This document shows, one piece after another, positions 61,355 to 64,000 of a stretch of 64,000 nt of DNA. The stretch comes from Candidatus Nanopelagicales bacterium (GTDB lineage: Bacteria; Actinomycetota; Actinomycetes; S36-B12). The stretch spans positions 27,339 through 91,338 of the forward strand of contig JBILLS010000001.1 of the NCBI GenBank assembly GCA_044375955.1, read 5' to 3'. The position numbers were made by a program, and so were the translations under genes. How positions within the stretch are numbered: the first letter of the stretch is position 1; every line of letters begins with the position of its first letter. Below the pieces are notes generated by a model. It saw only the letters and a list, made by a program, of their open reading frames with translations, was not told the DNA's origin and ran no database searches.

Positions 61355-62642
61355 CGGTTTCGGTGACGGCGGTCGCCGGGCGGGCGAGGACGGTGCTGAT
61401 GCGATTCCGGCGACCCGAGCCGCGTTCGGCGATCAGGATCCAGCCGTCCTCGGTGATGTCGGCACCCGCGATGGGGACCCGGCCGAGGCGCTTGGCCATG
61501 AGCCCGAGGACGGTGTCGACGCCCTCCTCCGCGGAGTCGATGTCGATACCGATGAGGTCGGCGAAGTCGTCGATGTTCATCCGCGACATCACCCGGTAGG
61601 CGCCATCGGTGAGTTCGGTGACCTCGGGGGCGGCGGTGTCGTATTCGTCAGCGATCTCGCCCACGATCTCCTCGAGTATGTCCTCGATGGTGACGATGCC
61701 GGCTGTGCCGCCGTACTCGTCGATCACGATGGCCATGTGCACGCGTGCACTCTGCATGTCGCGGAGAAGATCATCGGCGCGTTTACTGTCCGGGACGAAG
61801 TAGGGGGCACGCATGAGCGAGTCCACCTGCTCGGAGTTCTCCGCACCGCGATGTTCGAAGATCCGCTTCACAATGTCTTTGAGGTAGATGACACCGATGA
61901 TGTCGTCGGCGCTCTCGCCGATGACCGGAATGCGCGAATACCCGGATCGAAGTCCCAGTGACATCGCCTGCCGCAGTGACTTGCTCCGTTCGATGAAGAC
62001 CATCTCGGTGCGCGGGACCATCACCTCGCGAGCGAAGGTGTCGCCCAGTTCGAAGACAGAGTGGATCATCTGCCGCTCGTCGTCCTCGATCAGTGAGCTC
62101 TCCCCGGCCATGTCCACGAGTTCGCGGAGTTCCGCCTCACTGTCGAAGGGTCCCTGCCGGAAACCCTTCCCCGGGGTGAGCGCATTACCCAGATGGATCA
62201 GCAGGGTGGCCAGCGGGCTGAGGATGCGGGTGAGCAGGATCGTCGGTCGGGCTGCGACGAGCGAGATGCGCTCCGCATGTTGCCGGCCCAGGGTTCGGGG
62301 TGCCACACCGAGACCCACGTAGGCGATCAGCACCAGGATCACGATGGTGATGACATAGGACAGCCATGCCACGAGTCCGTCGCGGAGGAAGTCCGATATG
62401 AGTGATCGTCCCAAGAGAACGATCGCGGTGATCGTGGATACGGTCGAAAGGAAGAACAGCACGTTCACGTAACGCGGACGGTCATCGAGGATCATCAAGA
62501 CGCGCGCTGCTCGCGGGTTGTCCTCGCGCCGCAACTCATCGATTCGAGAACGGGAAACCCGCCCGAATGCCGTCTCGGCGCTCACCAACAGAGCCGCGAT
62601 GATGAAGAGGATGATCGCGATGGCGATCTCGAGCAGGCTCAC
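61344..62642 (-). CDS. CNNM/CorC-family protein (DUF21, CBS pair, CorC_HlyC)
   Basis: 432 aa with an N-terminal 4-TM DUF21, a CBS pair, and a C-terminal transporter-associated domain. Confidence 0.88.
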   Translation of the reverse strand: MSLLEIAIAIILFIIAALLVSAETAFGRVSRSRIDELRREDNPRAARVLMILDDRPRYVNVLFFLSTVSTITAIVLLGRSLISDFLRDGLVAWLSYVITIVILVLIAYVGLGVAPRTLGRQHAERISLVAARPTILLTRILSPLATLLIHLGNALTPGKGFRQGPFDSEAELRELVDMAGESSLIEDDERQMIHSVFELGDTFAREVMVPRTEMVFIERSKSLRQAMSLGLRSGYSRIPVIGESADDIIGVIYLKDIVKRIFEHRGAENSEQVDSLMRAPYFVPDSKRADDLLRDMQSARVHMAIVIDEYGGTAGIVTIEDILEEIVGEIADEYDTAAPEVTELTDGAYRVMSRMNIDDFADLIGIDIDSAEEGVDTVLGLMAKRLGRVPIAGADITEDGWILIAERGSGRRNRISTVLARPATAVTETDDD

Positions 62643-63079
62643 GTCCTACTCCCCCACGATGTCAGTAGGGAATCCTGCAACGCGAACATCTCGCGGTACT
62701 CCTCCTCCGTTGCGTGGTCATATCCCAGCAGATGCAGCGTGCCATGTGTCACCAGGAATCCGATCTCGGCGCACAGCGACCGACCTTGGGCCTCCGCCTG
62801 CCGCTCGGCAACCGGAAGGCACACCGCGATATCGCCCAGGACTCCGGGCTCCGTGGCACGCGGGATGAGTTCATCCATGGGAAAAGACAACACATCCGTG
62901 GGACCCGCCTCACCCATCCAGCGTTCGTGCAGGTCACTCATCTCGGTCTCGTCCACGAGGGCAACACTGACCTCGCATCCCTCGGGCATCCCGAGCTCCA
63001 CAAGATGGTGCTCGATGAGCGCGGCGAGATCGGCACAGGGATTGGGGAGGCCACCGATCTCGATCACGTAATGGGTCAT
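62639..63079 (-). CDS. ybeY: rRNA maturation endoribonuclease YbeY
   Basis: HGTLHLLGYDH zinc motif, 146 aa. Confidence 0.93.
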   Translation of the reverse strand: MTHYVIEIGGLPNPCADLAALIEHHLVELGMPEGCEVSVALVDETEMSDLHERWMGEAGPTDVLSFPMDELIPRATEPGVLGDIAVCLPVAERQAEAQGRSLCAEIGFLVTHGTLHLLGYDHATEEEYREMFALQDSLLTSWGSRT

Positions 63080-64000
63080 GACTCCCGCAGCGCGTCGTAG
63101 CGGGCATACGCGTCCACGATCCGACCGACGAGTTTGTGTCGGACGACGTCATGCGAGGTCAAGCGACAGAACTCGACATCCTCGATGCCCTCCAGGATCT
63201 CCGAGACGACACGCAGGCCACTATCGACACCGCGGGGCAGATCCACCTGAGTTACGTCGCCTGTCACCACCATGGTGGAACCGAAACCCAGGCGAGTGAG
63301 GAACATCTTCATCTGCTCCGCGGAGGTGTTCTGTGCTTCGTCGAGGATGATGAACGAGTCATTCAGCGTGCGGCCGCGCATGTATGCCAGGGGGGCGATC
63401 TCGATCGTGCCGGATGTGATGAGTCGTGGGATCGACTCCGGATCGATCATGTCGTGCAGCGCGTCGTACAGCGGCCGGAGATACGGGTCGATCTTCTCGG
63501 ACAGCGTGCCCGGAAGGAATCCCAAGCGCTCACCGGCTTCCACTGCGGGGCGGGTGAGCACGATGCGTGTGATGCGCTTGGCCTGGAGTGCCTGAACCGC
63601 TTTGGCCACGGCGAGATAGGTCTTGCCGGTTCCCGCGGGCCCGATACCGAAGACGATGGTGTGGGCATCGATGGCATCCACGTAGCGCTTCTGATTCAAC
63701 GTCTTCGGGCGGATCGTCTTGCCACGGTTGGACAGGATGTTCGCGGTGAGGACCTCACTCGGTCGATTACCACTCTTGAGCAGCCCGATCGAGCGCTCCA
63801 CGGACTCCGGTGAGAGGCCCTGACCGGTGCGCAGCAGGGCGAGCATCTCGGAAACCAGGGTGTCGATGGCACCGACGTCGTCCGAGTCGCCGGATACCGC
63901 GATCTGGTTGCCGCGGACGAGGATGTCCGCATCCGGGAACGCCTCCTCGATCAGGCGCAGGAATTGATCCGAAGGTCCCAGGAGCGCAACCATCGGTTGC
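63076..64000 (-). CDS. phoH: PhoH-like ATPase. The 5' end probably lies beyond the window.
   Basis: GPAGTGKTYLAVA (Walker A) and ILDEAQN. The ORF is open to the window edge, and an in-frame ATG at 63993 is probably internal. Confidence 0.9.
   Translation of the reverse strand, partial: QPMVALLGPSDQFLRLIEEAFPDADILVRGNQIAVSGDSDDVGAIDTLVSEMLALLRTGQGLSPESVERSIGLLKSGNRPSEVLTANILSNRGKTIRPKTLNQKRYVDAIDAHTIVFGIGPAGTGKTYLAVAKAVQALQAKRITRIVLTRPAVEAGERLGFLPGTLSEKIDPYLRPLYDALHDMIDPESIPRLITSGTIEIAPLAYMRGRTLNDSFIILDEAQNTSAEQMKMFLTRLGFGSTMVVTGDVTQVDLPRGVDSGLRVVSEILEGIEDVEFCRLTSHDVVRHKLVGRIVDAYARYDALRES

Overview
This window is a 64-kb piece of a high-GC Actinomycetota chromosome. It is almost entirely coding: about 70 CDS and one tRNA-Gly(CCC). 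I saw no rRNA, CRISPR array, transposase or integrase. Most genes are on the minus strand, and many are joined by GTGA/ATGA/TGATG stop-start overlaps.

Most of the content is core housekeeping:
- Purine and neighbouring genes: purQ(partial)-purS, galE-purC-purB-purD, purA, pyrE and a class I fructose-bisphosphate aldolase.
- A heat-shock array, dnaK-grpE-dnaJ-hspR-clpB, with HAIR-type operators upstream.
- An Rv0338c-like Fe-S reductase, dcd, and a decaprenyl-phospho-arabinose gene set (ubiA-dprE1-dprE2).
- fadE, copC and a copD/ctaG fusion.
- znuABC-zur with a Zur box upstream.
- uppS-recO-era-(deaminase-like)-corC-ybeY-phoH(partial).

The accessory-looking parts:
- A lower-GC vapBC toxin-antitoxin pair next to purS, with a perfect tandem 12-mer upstream.
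- A regulator islet beside the tRNA: two coupled GAF-ANTAR proteins facing an OmpR-type regulator whose receiver domain looks degenerate.
- An AlkB-rubredoxin fusion with a TauE exporter.
- An exported rhodanese plus an L,D-transpeptidase, behind a CsoR/CstR-like palindrome and downstream of copCD.
- A tight five-gene operon of unclear pathway (ABM-like, PRTase, ornithine carbamoyltransferase, GSA-type aminotransferase, SDR).
- A 22-bp perfect palindrome in front of fadE.

I found no recognisable phage-defence or mobile system apart from vapBC. The candidates for something new are regulatory and envelope modules inferred from domain content and gene context. All product calls come from reading the supplied translations and recognising motifs from memory. 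No searches were run.
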